Assembly (NCBI RefSeq): GCF_964194025.1
Contig: NC_134475.1
Span: 20,212,001 to 20,276,000, forward strand
Direction of reading: 5' to 3'
Source of the DNA: Convolutriloba macropyga
Taxonomy: Eukaryota
Length of the DNA stretch: 64,000 nt
Below, piece after piece: positions 11,511 to 24,253 of this stretch (positions within the stretch are counted from its first letter, which is position 1; each line of letters opens with the position of its first letter). A program made the position numbers and the translations under genes. The notes under the pieces are model-generated. The model was not told the origin of the DNA. It ran no database searches and was given only the letters and a program-made list of their open reading frames with translations.

Positions 11511-14411
11511 GTAAAACGACATTTATTTAATTTTCCCCTAACGTTGACAACAATTTAAACTTGTCTCGAAAAATTCTTCAATCAGAGAATTGGACTATAT
11601 TGAGGTCCCATTTTATACGACTCGCAGAAAAGTATTGGAGAAGTATCTTTTCTCAATCAATTGCTATGTCTGTTCTTAAACAATTTTCTAGAAGTCTTTT
11701 TGGTCACCTAATGGGAAGAAATGGAGGAAAAGCAATCGGTCTTTTGACATTAAATTAGTTTAAATTGAGTGAAAAAAGTGATTGAAACTTTTTTGGTATT
11801 TGAAATCAGGTGCGGTAAAATAGATGAAATAGATGAACAGAATTAGTTTGTTAGGTAAATATTATACACTGTGAGTTTTGTGCCACTCTTTTTAGACTTT
11901 GTACCAATTGAGAAAATGTAGTACCGATTCAGACTTTGTACCAATTCAATAAAGTGAGTTGTGGTGCCACAACAGATATCAACTTCAAATCAATTGACTG
12001 TGTGCTTTTCTGTGTCAGCGTCATTTTTCAGGAAAATATAAATTTTTTTATCAAACTTGGTTGAAAATCTAACAATAAGACCAATCAAAGTGTTACACTT
12101 TAGATCTTGTATATAATCCCATTGTTAAGGGTGCATTAGTTCAATTAACCTAATTTTTGTCGAGATTATCACTTTTCCCAATTTTCTACACTTTTTATGT
12201 TAATAAGTTTATGTTTTGCAATTCGACATCTTTTGTTTTGGATCCGTTTGAATCTTTTTTTGTCTCTTCTTCGAAAAATATGTTTTCAATTGACTTCTGA
12301 AAGCAACGAATTAAAAGTGTCCTGTAACCTAACATTGTGTTCCTGTCTTTATACTGGTTTTAATGACCAGATAATTGCAAGGTGGGCTAGATTAGCTTCT
12401 TTATGTCAGTATTTAAACCATAGGAAAAGTTCTTAGAGTTTTTGAAAATTTTCGTGTCATATTTGACGCCTATTTTGACTTAATTCTGTTCGATATATTT
12501 CAGTCTTTGTCAAAATTGTATGAGATTGAGGCCAAATTCACAAAAGTCTTAATCAAAAACAAAATTGCAGTTATATTAATAGTTTTAAACTTTGCTTAGA
12601 ATGTTCACGCAGTGGATTGCGAATGTTTTATTTTGTTGTTCTTCTTTTTTTGTGATTTTTTACTGTCAAAGTTGTGACTACTCTCTTTTGTTAGACAACA
12701 TGTTTTTGGAGCAGTTTTTTTGATGGGATAATTGGATTTTTAAGTAAATCCTTTTTGAATCTATTGATTTGTTTAAACTGTTCTTATATGTTATAATTCA
12801 AAAAAGCTAATGAGCTAATAATTCTAAACATCTCTTCCTTTTGAGTCCTTACATCAAATTGAAATAGAAAATTTTTAAAAAGTATTCACACATAAAAAGA
12901 TATTCCATTTCCAGTAGAAGTTTTCTATAAATTCAATAGGCTTTTTGGTTAGTTTTTATACAATGCTTGGCTTAATATGTCGCTATTAGACCATAAGTAT
13001 ACACGTTCAGCGGTGAAACTACAATTAATAGTAGCAAAGTTAGTTTTTTCTCATCACTCGGGGAGAACTATGTTATAACAAAATCGTAGCTGTTGCTAAA
13101 TCAGTATTAGCTGACTGATAAATTACTCATCACTCGCGCTGAGTTTTTTTCAATTTTTTAAATTTAGGTTGCTTTAATTTTTCTGGCTAATATTGGCTGC
13201 TAAAGACAAGTTAGAGCAAATTTTGTTTCAAAGAGACCATATCTGATGACTTCATAAAAAAGTGTTGCCAAAATTCTGCTATATAATCTAATCAAATGTC
13301 CGATTTTTTTGTCTCCAATTTTTTTGGACAATTCGTCGATGTATTGAATCGCCCAGATCTTTAGTTCAGTTTTCAGCTGCAAGCAGTTTGATTTTTTTGA
13401 GCCCGGGGCTCAACAATTAGCTCAGTTTTAGCTGCTGTTGATAAAATAAGGAATCAAATATTAAAATCTATTTCTTGCAAGATACAGCGGCATTAAAATA
13501 GTCAATTTAGTTTTTCGCCTGTTCCTTCTAAATTCTTCTATTCGTACTAATCGCAATTGCGAGGGAAAGAGTACGTGTGAAGAGATTGCAAAATTAATCG
13601 GGATGTTCTGATGAAAATATTAACAAAAGTAAAAAGAAAAGCGACATTAACTTACCCCCTAAAAAACCCTTTTTGTTGCATTCAATTTGCTGCGTTNNNN
13701 NNNNNNNNNNNNNNNNNNNNNNNNNNNNNNNNNNNNNNNNNNNNNNNNNNNNNNNNNNNNNNNNNNNNNNNNNNNNNNNNNNNNNNNNNNNNNNNNNNNN
13801 NNNNNNNNNNNNNNNNNNNNNNNNNNCGAAGAGTTTTGACAACATGGATTGTTTTTGATACATCGAAAGAAAATCAAGAAAAATGCAAGAACGTAAAACA
13901 TTATACGGCACAAAAAACAACTCTCAGAATTTGAGGGTGGTGGACAATTTTATTGTAAGATCTGATAGGCATCTTACAAATTTTTATCAGATGAAAATTT
14001 AGAAAACATGGATTAATATCTCACATAAACAGATTTCTTTTCTTACTGATCAGACCCGACGTCAGATACCTATTAGATCCTATTAAAAAAAACTCAGTGG
14101 AGTCGAAACTTTTTTTGCGTAAGAACTGATAAGTTGGGGTTAAACATAATCAAGAATAAAGTTAATGCCAATTTAAGTAGTAGAGTTAGAATAGCATGAC
14201 AAATAAAACTTAATGCTACGCTCAATCAAAGCCGTACAAATTTATTCAGGCTCGTCACCATGTTTTAAACCAATATTAGTACGTGAATAACAGACATGAA
14301 GTGAAACTCATACTCGAAATCTAGATACATCAGCACCATCACCAAATAATTATTGCTACGTATGGCCGGGTTACGAAATTCATTATCAGTTGAACGAATC
14401 AAGTTCAAATT

Positions 14412-14507
14412 GAGTTTGAGATACCAAAAATGGCGCACCAGTTTCAGTGAAATCTGTGATTATTCCAATTAGAGAGTGCGGCGCACCATATTGGGTATCC
14501 CGAACTC
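14412..14507. repeat. Small foldback (25-bp imperfect inverted repeat), probable MITE remnant
   Basis: GAGTTTGAGATACCAAAAATGGCGC vs reverse complement GAGTTCGGGATACCCAATATGGTGC. Confidence 0.5.
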
Positions 14508-15618
14508 CAAAATCAGTGAATGTTGAGAGCTTTACGTCATATTTATCTCTAACCAATTAAAGATGCAATTTTGAAATGTAACGGGAGCTTCAAAACCGGG
14601 AGCTTCAAAACCTATCGAAAGTCAGTTGAGACTCTTGATTCTGCCTTAGCAATTTTTTATACCATAAGTGGTTATGCACAACTTGAGCGGTATATTACAT
14701 GTCTTTTTTCTGTGTATCAACTTATTGATTGTACGCATTTAACTTATATTTGACTTATTGAAAAGAGAAATGAATGATTTTGATATTCTCAACCTCTTTC
14801 TCTCAGGAAAAATTCAAATTATGAAAAATTTTATACAGAGTACGGAGTCAATGTTTCTTTTGGCTTCTACAAAGCCTAGCTTAATTTTAATATTGATGTT
14901 TCTGAAGCCAATAGAGATAAAAACTTGTTGGTTATAATTAACCATTATTCAAATTTAAGGACTTTATAAAGTGTCAGTGAATTGCACTGGTTAAAACAAG
15001 AGCCTGAAAAACAAAAGAAATTTATACCTCTAAAATTGGTTCAAGCAGATAGCAAATGCACAGGGAAATGTCACATGGGTAGTTAGCCATAAAGATTTAT
15101 TAAATTGTGGTAAATGTCACATGAGTTATTGACGAAACTCAGAAAATAATTTGATTGATTGATTGTATTTGTTTGATTAATTCAAGCGATGCAACGTTAT
15201 TTTTTTGATTAATTCAAACGAATCAAAGCTTTGTGAATAGTTAATAGGACTTATTGATTATCGAGTAGTGCAGCGGTAACCTATAGCGGATAATACAGTT
15301 CACGAAAGTTAACTGCAAAAAATTAATATCTGGGAAACCGCTGAAACAAACTAGGCGGTATAAAGCGTTTCTTGTCATTGACAGGAAAGCCAACGTTTCA
15401 TGGCAAGATCTTGACAGTGTTGTTGAATCCTTGGGTCCAATTAATTCATCTATATCGTCTCACAGACTACAGGCTAGATAAATATTGGCAGTATCATTTA
15501 TCATTTTTTGAGTCTGACAGCCTTCTTTTCAATTTCTATAAATTTTTGTTGTAGCTGTTCAAATTTACGAATAAATGGAATCAAGCTGAGCACAATTAAC
15601 AAGTTGGTCTTATTTCAG

Positions 15619-15957
15619 AGCGACTCGTTTCTCGGATGTCTGCCTTCTATGAAGGAGTTCAATTTAGATGGACAAAGTTCAATAAAAGCTCTGAATTCAG
15701 TTAAGAAACTCCGTTTTGGAAAATGCATAGAAGTTTGTGACTCACTCATGCACGCAATTGCGATATTCACAGTAAAAAACGGTAAACAATCAAAAGCAGA
15801 TTGCGTGTGTTTGGAATCGCTTTGGAAGAACGTAGCCAAAATCAAGGAAACAAATAACCCGAAGGAATGTGTGAACAGTGCATATATAACTCCGTGGGCT
15901 TTTTCGAAGTGCTCTCACGCCACATTTTTGGATCCCAAACAAACGAGTATTCCTCAG
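15619..15957 (+). CDS. WSCD: WSCD-like paralog A, exon 2 (WSC-like domain 2)
   Basis: Acceptor TATTTCAG|, 113 codons SDSFLGC...CIEVC...CVC...C...KCSHATFL, donor CAG|GTTAAT. Same length as B exon 2. Confidence 0.87.
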
Positions 15958-16269
15958 GTTAATTTGGTTTAGTTATTTCAGAGCTTCATCAACTGGTATA
16001 GAGTTAAACTCAATTTCAAATAAAGTGGCAGCGACTAACAGACCACTTAATAGGATTAAATATAAGTAATTCCAGTGTACTTATTCAAAGTAATAAATTG
16101 TAAACCAGTTTTAAAAGTGAGTGAGTGGTGTGGAATGGTAGTGATGTCGAAAAAATGAGAAAAGGGCCACTTTGTTCATTATTAATTGAAAACCTTTCTG
16201 AAAGCAATTGACAAATACAAAACTCTCCACTTATTTAAAATTTTATTGTTGAAAAATTGCACTTTACAG

Positions 16270-16313
16270 GTGGGGCTCATCAGCGTGCCTGGATCTGGAA
16301 ACACCTGGACAAG
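16270..16313 (+). CDS. WSCD: WSCD-like paralog A, exon 3 (5'-phosphosulfate-binding loop)
   Basis: TTTACAG|VGLISVPGSGNTWTR|GTAACG, matching the WSCD-family S-F-P-G-A-G-N-T-W-x-R PAPS-binding motif. Confidence 0.9.
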
Positions 16314-18860
16314 GTAACGTCTTTAAATGAATTTTCCAGCAGAAGAAATAATTGCAAGAACTCAAATAAAACTCTCGGATTAATCCGAACTAAAGCATAA
16401 TCGGCAAACGTTGGACGATTTGTCAAACAAGAAGGGGGAGGGGATCGGGATTTGGACCTAAACAGGGTATCTGTGGGATCATAACTTTATTAAATTGTTT
16501 AAAATGATGCTGTTAAAGATTTTTATGGACCAATAAAATAATTCGAATTGAAAAACTGAAAAAAAATCTTGGTACACTTATGAGTGCAGTTTTATTAGAA
16601 AATTGAGCCCAGCTGTTTAAATTTCTGAATCAGAGCAATTTAAAACACTCAATTACTCACGAGCAAAAACGTAGATCGGTGAAATCAGCATAACACAAAC
16701 AACATTACCAGCGTCTACCGGTACCGAGTAAAACTAGTTACAAAGAAATTGGCTGGCGCTTTCCGGTGCCGAGATCCGTTTAACGCGGAAAGCGCCTAAA
16801 TTTTGTGAAAGTGGTTTCCACAGTGCAATTAAAAGCCGTAGGATCAAATGAATGTGAAAAGTAGATACGTTCGGCTGCAAATGCATTTCACAAGAATTTA
16901 ACATTTTAACCTTACTAAAATAAGGGATTATACTACAATTAATCTGCCGCACAATTATTTGAGGACACGCTTCAATTTTGAGTGTTTTTGACTTCTATTT
17001 TGTGGTAAATTCCCACCAACTTAACCCAGCTGCTTAAAAATAAGCAGCAAAAATCAAGTTGGTTAGACGAAAAACTACCAGACAGAATATTGACGTGAAA
17101 TTGAGTGATATCAATGAAATTCCCGTCAAAGATTTTTTTCCATATCGGGACGATTTCTTTATTTTTTTGAGAGCTCTTGCAAAAACTGTTTCATCTTTCA
17201 TATTCTTTTCACTAATTTCATTATTTTTTCAATAATTTTCATACAATTTTTTTTCTATTTCGAAAAGCATACGTTAAAATTATTCAACAGAGAGTAATTG
17301 ATTTCTTTTCAAAATAGTAAAACGTTCAAGAACCATTTCAGCTAACTCTTTCTGCTGAAATTACGGAAAATTTTTATCAGCTATTGCTGGCAGCTCCTTT
17401 TGAATAAACTTTTCGGGTGCACTAGAACTGACTTAACTATCTTTTCACTATCCGAAAAAAATCTAGAATTGCAGTTAGCAGGATTCTGATTTTTATTGCG
17501 TTTGATACATTTTGCTGTAAATTTTGTTTCAACAATTTTTCCTCTCATTTCAGATTTTCTGTCAATTTTTGATCTCTTTTACCTTTAAATTCACCTAGAA
17601 CATCTGCTTCAAAAATGCTTTAAAAATTAACAAATTCTAATTCAATTTAATAACGTGGCTTTAAGCAAAAAACGAAGATCTGAAAAAACTACTACTTGCT
17701 GTTTTCTTTCCAAATATTCTGATGTTATTTATTTCAGTTGTTTTGAGTCATTCCAAGTGATATAAAATCAGCCACTGGACTAAGTCTTGAAAGTTTCATT
17801 AGGGGAGCTTAAGACAATTTATAGATCTAAATAAATCTTCTGAAATATTAAAAAGAAAAAAGCTTTTGATAGTTTGAAGTTTTTAAAAACGAAGAAATCT
17901 CACTTTAGTCAGTTTTATGCCAAAAATTTTAAACGGCTATTGGACTGATTTTCAACGCAGCTCCAAAGGCGCCAAGAACTGTCCTTATTGTCAAAACGTC
18001 ATATAAAAAATATTCAAAAAAACTTCAAGGAGCATTTTATTTTTGAAGTTATTGTTTTGGTTCTCATTTGTTTTCGGCATTAAAAACGTGCAAAGTTATT
18101 TTATCATTTTTTAAAAAGCAAAATATAGAATCTTTACATACAAAATCGACAGATCTGATGTTAGAACTGTTCAGAGACGAAATTAAAATCTCTGTTTGTT
18201 GTTTTTGCTCACTTTCTTTCACCGTTATTTCTTCCAGCGTCAAGTGTAATTTGGCCACGAGATTCCTTAAAGTTTTTGAGGACAACAAATAAGAGTTTTT
18301 ATGAACCCAAGTTTTTTATTCTGTCATTAATAATGTTTTTAGAGAAAACTTTTTGTTCGTTTATTTATCTATTTGAGAAATAATAACGGTATGAGTTTGA
18401 TTCTTATTGTCAAATAGTACAATTTGTCATTACAATATAATGTCTGGCACTAAACGACCAGGACGCAGAACAAAACCAGTAGTCCTAAATGAAGCAATCA
18501 TTGGGTGTCATCGTTTCTTAATTTGCGTTGCATCACCTTTCATCATTTTCGTTTAAACTGAGACTTCTAGAACACAAATTTTCAGGCCAATTTTTTCTAC
18601 CGCTCTTTATGTCGAAATCTTTTGCTGTATAGAAAAGAGTTGTCTTCAATTGCTCGTTTTTACGAGGATTTGCAAATTGTATGCAAAGAAAGTTATTTTT
18701 AGTATCATTTAAGTCCACTACTATGTAAATATTGGTCCATGTATTGATACTTGATTCTTCTAATCAAAATGGCTTTCAATTACTTTTTAATTGCCTTAAT
18801 CTCCATACTGCTGGTATTTTTATTTTACATCTTATGCGACTAACATTCTCATTTGTCTTA

Positions 18861-21800
18861 TTGTTCCGACTTTAGTGGGGAGGGAGGAACCATATACTCA
18901 ACTGGGTTCTTTTTTGTTCAGTCAATTTTGGCCGATCGATACATTCATTCATCGTAGAGAATTGTGAGTGGTATCATTAAAAAACCCCTCCAGCGTAGAA
19001 TACAGAATTAAAATTTTTTCGATTTTCGTTACAGGGAGGTATCGAGGTTTAAGGTTTTGTGAACATTCGACTGTTTTTGTTCACATTTTCAGTAATTTTT
19101 GCTAAAGTTTGGCACAATTTCAGTAATATAATTCAAAATAAGTTAAAAATTTTAAGGCAAAGTGTTGTGACCGTTAGAGTTAGAAGAGCATTGCTGAATT
19201 AATTCATTGAAGATTTTTTTGGCTAAAATTTTTGATAAAAATTTCAAAATTCACACTTTTTCATCAAAAATGGCACAAAATATGCCTTTTGGTCCACTTT
19301 GTTAAGGTATTGCAGACTTAGTGACCTATAAGTCTTAACATAGACTCCCTACTCTCCAAAAGAGCGTTAGTTGCAATTAAACGCCGCATGAAAGTCTTCT
19401 GGAATTGAAAATTTGCCGTTTTTTGCAGAATTAACTCGATAATTATACAAAATGCATCGTGTTTTTTAAAATTTGAAGAATTCCAATCAACAATTGCTCT
19501 AATTCGCAAACACTTGGAATATTTGGTCGGTTTGCTGGGCCGGCAAAACAAATCGGGGAGAGTTCGATAATATCATGGATTCTTAGAATCAGAGACATTT
19601 CGTTTTTATTTTGATGCTGCCTTTTTTCAAAATATGTTGCTATTGCTTTTTTACTGACAATATGATGTTTTACTGACAATGTTGATTACTGACAATACTT
19701 TTTATTCACGGCTCCATTAATGACAGCTCCAATTTAAGTAAATTTGAGGCCGAATGTAGATACTGTTTGTTTTCAGAGAACCAAATTTTTTTATGGCTTT
19801 GAGGAAGAGTTTTAGTAAAATTTAACTAAATTCTTGTTTTTTGCCTTCAAATGTCTCTTATGTTATTGAACGTATTTGTTTTAACAAAACTTCTGTGATT
19901 TTTTGAACTTGTAATATTTTTATATTTTTTTAGTCAACATTTTGTTTATTCTCTGTAAGTACAGATCAACCTTTCCTCCTTATAGAATACAAATTAATTT
20001 TGTGGCCGATTGTTTTAACGGAAGGTTTTCTTGCTTTAAGTACTACAAGTTTTCATACAAAGCTTTCTGATTTTTGTGCATATTTGCCCATTTTTGCTGT
20101 TGTTTTTGTTTCTTTTGTAAATTGTAACATTAATAGACAACCTAACTGAAAAAAAGTTCACAACATTTGAAACTGATCACGTATTTTTGTTTTCATAGCA
20201 CACTGTTCGAAGGGATGCGACATCGTTCTCTTGCAGAAATTGGTAGAGTCTTTTATTTTTGCCCTTTATTTGTTGTTAATTTTTGTTGTCATATGCCAAA
20301 TATTGTATAATTAAAGGTCTTAGTGGGCCAACTAAAGATAAACAAATGAACTTAATAACTGATATCGGTAAATAGCTAATGGTTTTTTTTTACTTTCGAA
20401 ATAAATTTCTAAAATAAATAATAGTATTCTTCAAATTATCCCTGTTTTTTCTGGTTTGCGTTTTTTTCGTATTTTACAATGTTGTGTCATTTTCGTAAAT
20501 TCTCCTCATTATTTAGAGTTCGTTTAAATGTTTTGTTAAACTAAAAAATAAAATTTCTGTTGTTTAAACCTTTTGACTAATGTCTTCAGTGCATAGATAA
20601 TTTGTTTCAGAAGAGTTTTGTGAAAATTAGATACTTCTCAATTTTTGTGATTCTTTTTGCTGTCGTTTTGTGACTGTGCTTTAAAAAAAACAAATTATGA
20701 TGATCAAAAGAGACGCAATTGAAAATTATTATTTCTCGCCGTCAATATTTTAAAAATTTAATGGTTTCGTAAAGTTGTTTGTGAAACTTATTAGTTCAGA
20801 TTGTATTTAATGTTATTCTATAGTCTTAAGATTTAGTTCCATCAGTCGCTAGTTCTCCCAGTAGTTGCAAAACAAACTGTCTACTCATTTAGTTGAAAGC
20901 TTCTGTTTGCTAAGAAATTTGAAATTGTTTGTTTTTAATTAAAAAAAAGATAGATTTTTGAGATCTGCCAATTTTATTCCCGTTAAATTGTAGCTAAGCA
21001 CCTCTATATACATCATTTTGCAATTCACATCATTTGTCTTTCGAAATACAATTTGCTCTTCGTAACGGTTTTATTATCCTCGAATTGTCTTTCTTCTTGG
21101 AACAAACAGTCTTCATAAAAAAATTTTCGTGTATTTTTTTGCAAAATTGCCCAATTTTATAGGTTTTTGTTTTCTTTTCACAGTATCACTATGGTGGGCG
21201 TTATTTGGTTTACAAATTTTTTCGCCTGCGCAAAATGCATACGAAGTTTTTCATTGTTTTTAGTGGTCAGCTTAATATTTAATTGATTGGGGGGACATCG
21301 TTTTCGTGCAAAATTTTTCGTGCAAATTTTTCGTTTTTGCCTTATTTGTCGTTTTTTTGTAGTCGTATGACATATCCAGGATAATGAAAGGCCTCCGTCG
21401 CTCTCTATTGATGTATAAAAGACTAGGATTTCATATGATGCCTCTCTAGGATTTCATATGATGCCTATTGTTTCTAATTGGTTTGAAATTAATTCTTTTT
21501 TTAAAAAAAAAGCAATGTTTTGATAAACGCATTGAGGAAAATCCCTTATTTTGTTCCAAAAAAGTACCGGTTAATCCTTTGAGTATGAAACGTATCTGAT
21601 GCCATTTTGATTTTGTTATTAGTGGTTTTCAAAAAATGAACAAGGAGTTTTGGTCGTAATTAATATTGTAACTAATTGATTTTTATTGCCATCTTTTCTG
21701 GTAGTCATATTATGTTAGCCACAGATCTCATAGGCCCTCTAGAGTAGATTGTTTTAATCTTTTTAGTAGTTTGTTGAACGATATATTGATATGTTAACTT

Positions 21801-21894
21801 TTTTTAAAACTCATTTGGTAGACAATTAAGTGAAAAATGTAGATGAGTGGGGTCGGAACTTAATGTGCGAACGCACATTACCGAGCCTCCTTGT
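18861..21894 (+). mobile_element. Helentron-associated non-autonomous element (HINE/DINE-1-like), copy 1
   Basis: 5' TTGTTCCGAC and a 3' subterminal inverted repeat GTCGGAAC, followed by the hairpin TAATGTGCG-AA-CGCACATTA and a CTTGT end. No TSD. Both ends are homologous to 52931-55683. Confidence 0.72.
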
Positions 21895-21985
21895 ATGGTA
21901 ATAAATGCTCAAAGGCGGCAAAGTTATAAAGCCGTTAGCGAAATCCGCTATGAAACGCGCACGCCATGTATTACGGAATAAGCAT

Positions 21986-22326
21986 CCCTAGCTCAAACCT
22001 AACGTCAAAATTGCAATTTTAAGAAAAAATTGCAAACATTGTAAAATTATGCATTAATTTTTAAAATATTTGCAAACAGGTGTGAATTCTTTTTTCCCTT
22101 ATCGTTAGTAGTTGGTCTTGTAGAGTGAAATGGTTAGTAAAATGACCCATATTGCTAAATAAGGCAAAAGAGCTCGGCCGATCATTTGCAAATTTTTGGA
22201 CATTGTTTTGCAAAATTTTGCAAATTTGACCTTGTGAAGCCATAATTTGCAAAATTGCACAAATTTGGCATTATCGAGCAAAAATTTGCAATTGTTTAGA
22301 AATTTGGTATTAGTTTTGAACTATGG
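21986..22326. mobile_element. MITE with ~27-bp TIRs and TTGCAAA internal repeats
   Basis: CCCTAGCTCAAACCTAACGTCAAAATT vs reverse complement of the right end CCATAGTTCAAAACTAATACCAAATTT. Confidence 0.6.
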
Positions 22327-22329
22327 CGT

Positions 22330-23450
22330 TGTAAAAAGAGTTTGAAAAGTTCAAAACATCCCAAATCACCAGTTTTGTACTTTGAGTAAAGTAGAGCAAA
22401 AGAAATTGTGTTTTTAGTATTGAGTGCCAATTGGAATTCAACTATCTGCGTTCCAGAAAAGCATTGATACTTCTCTGTCATTTTACACAAAACAGTTTTC
22501 CGCGTTTGCTGGCAGTACTTGCGAGTCATGAACGAAAACAACTTGAAGTGGAAAAACATTACTTTCTGGAGGCTTTGGGCTTTCTAGTAGCTGTTGCTGC
22601 AGAACTGACACGATAGATATGGAGTTAACCTCATCCGATGCCTGTAAAGTTTTTTTCTCTGTCGTTTTACTGTGTTCTCTTAATGTTCAATTGCATCTAC
22701 AAAATCTTGTTCAGATCCAAAAACGTCAGGTGCTTGCCGTTGCGTTTTGTTGGATGAGGATAGAGGTTGTTCAATTTATTGATTAGAGCATGATTCAGAG
22801 GTACTAATGGAGGACATTTGATGCTGTTCAGATGGAAGGTTCGATTTGGGTTCCATTTGCACATTTTTCGGCCTGATTGTTTTTTCAGCAGCTACTTCAG
22901 CAAGCTATCCTGGTGTGTCTTAATTGTATGTCACTTTTACAGTTCTTCTTCAAACACTTTTTTTGTGATTGCTGATATTTCCTCTGTGATCGTCTCATAG
23001 GAAAACTGACGTCTTTGAGCGAATATCCAAAGTTAGGTCTGTGTCGTTCATTTTTGGTTTCGAAATTTGAATTAAAGCTATTGTTGACCCTCCTGTAGTG
23101 AAATCCTGGTTTTTTTAGTTAGCGAAGTTGTTGTTTGCGTCTTAACTTGTTGATTGCGACATTGTAACCAGGGTCTAATGTTTCAGTAATTCTTTTTTGT
23201 TCCTTTATTAATCTGCGGCTGACTTTTCGGCCAACTTAGGATTCATACGAAGCCTCCTTTAACAAAATTTCACTGCTGGCTTTAGTACTGATAATAAAAA
23301 AAGAGTTCAACGTAGTCTTTAATATCTGATTTGAATGTCGATAACTTTCGATTTTACTGTTTGCATATGCCCAATTGATATAAAATTGCTAGTAGAGAAT
23401 CTTTTACAGGCAAAGGATTGTTACACGGAAGTTTAATTCAACCCAATGGT
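22330..23450 (-). mobile_element. Highly decayed Gypsy fragment (integrase C-terminal region)
   Basis: Minus-strand peptides AILYQLGICKQ, ETLDPG and LWIFAQRRQFSYETITEEIS align with the 60-64 kb element (LRICKQ, ETLAPG, LWEYAKRRPLPYEKTTEEKIS). Boundaries are approximate. Confidence 0.65.
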
Positions 23451-23479
23451 CTTGTTGCTTAAAATAATTGTTCCCATAA

Positions 23480-23960
23480 TCAAATTGGTCTGCTATCATT
23501 AGCGGGTGCGTCAAACAATTTTATATTGCTGTTTCTACTAAAAGATTAATTTTGCATCGATTCTCAACAATTTGCAGATGACACAGCAATTTTATGTCGT
23601 GAAAAAAAATGAACTGTGTTTAGAAGCAAAGGCTGAAAAAATATGTTCATGGAAACTGAACAAAATATGAAACAAAACAAGTTAATTCTAATTGAGGGGA
23701 AAACAGAAGTAATGGTTTTCAAAAATGAAAAGTTATCAACTATCAACTGCGTTGAATTTAAAAATCATTCATTGAAACCAACAGACGGATGCAGGTATTT
23801 AGGTGTTATTCTGGATAAAGAATTGACATACCAAAATCAACTTAATAATGCGATCAGTAAAATGACTTTAGCTATCAGATCACTTTATTTGGTACACAAT
23901 CAATTACTTTAACAGGCTCTAATAATTCTACTTAGATCACTTGTTTTGTAGCTTTTATAA
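23480..23960 (+). mobile_element. LINE RT C-terminal fragment
   Basis: QFADDTAIL at ~23570 and NKLILIEGKTEVM...CRYLGVILDKELT in ORF 23643-23912. Confidence 0.8.
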
Positions 23961-24253
23961 ATTAGTGCAAAAAAACTGAAGGCTTTAAAAGTTAATTTTT
24001 ATTTAAAAAATTCACAAAAACTAAAACCTGAACTTTAGTTTCCTTAAATTTGTGGTTATTGGAAGTTACATATAATTTTACGTATGATAAAATTAGATTT
24101 CATCATCTTTTTCATTAAACATAACGTAAAAATCAAGATAGGTTTCTTCACTTAGTCCAACGCAGTTTTGTTATAGTTTCTGATGAACTTCCAAAACAAC
24201 TGATATCAAAATTTTCATGTACTGTAAAGATTCTAATTGCCAAAGCGAAATCT

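Noticed and set aside
13594-13934. ORFs spanning N runs (also 7270, 34937-35207, 47613-48142)
   Set aside because: Assembly-gap artefacts.
17000-18800. Short ORFs (18064, 18068, 18533) as a decayed gene
   Set aside because: No recognisable motif or splice structure.
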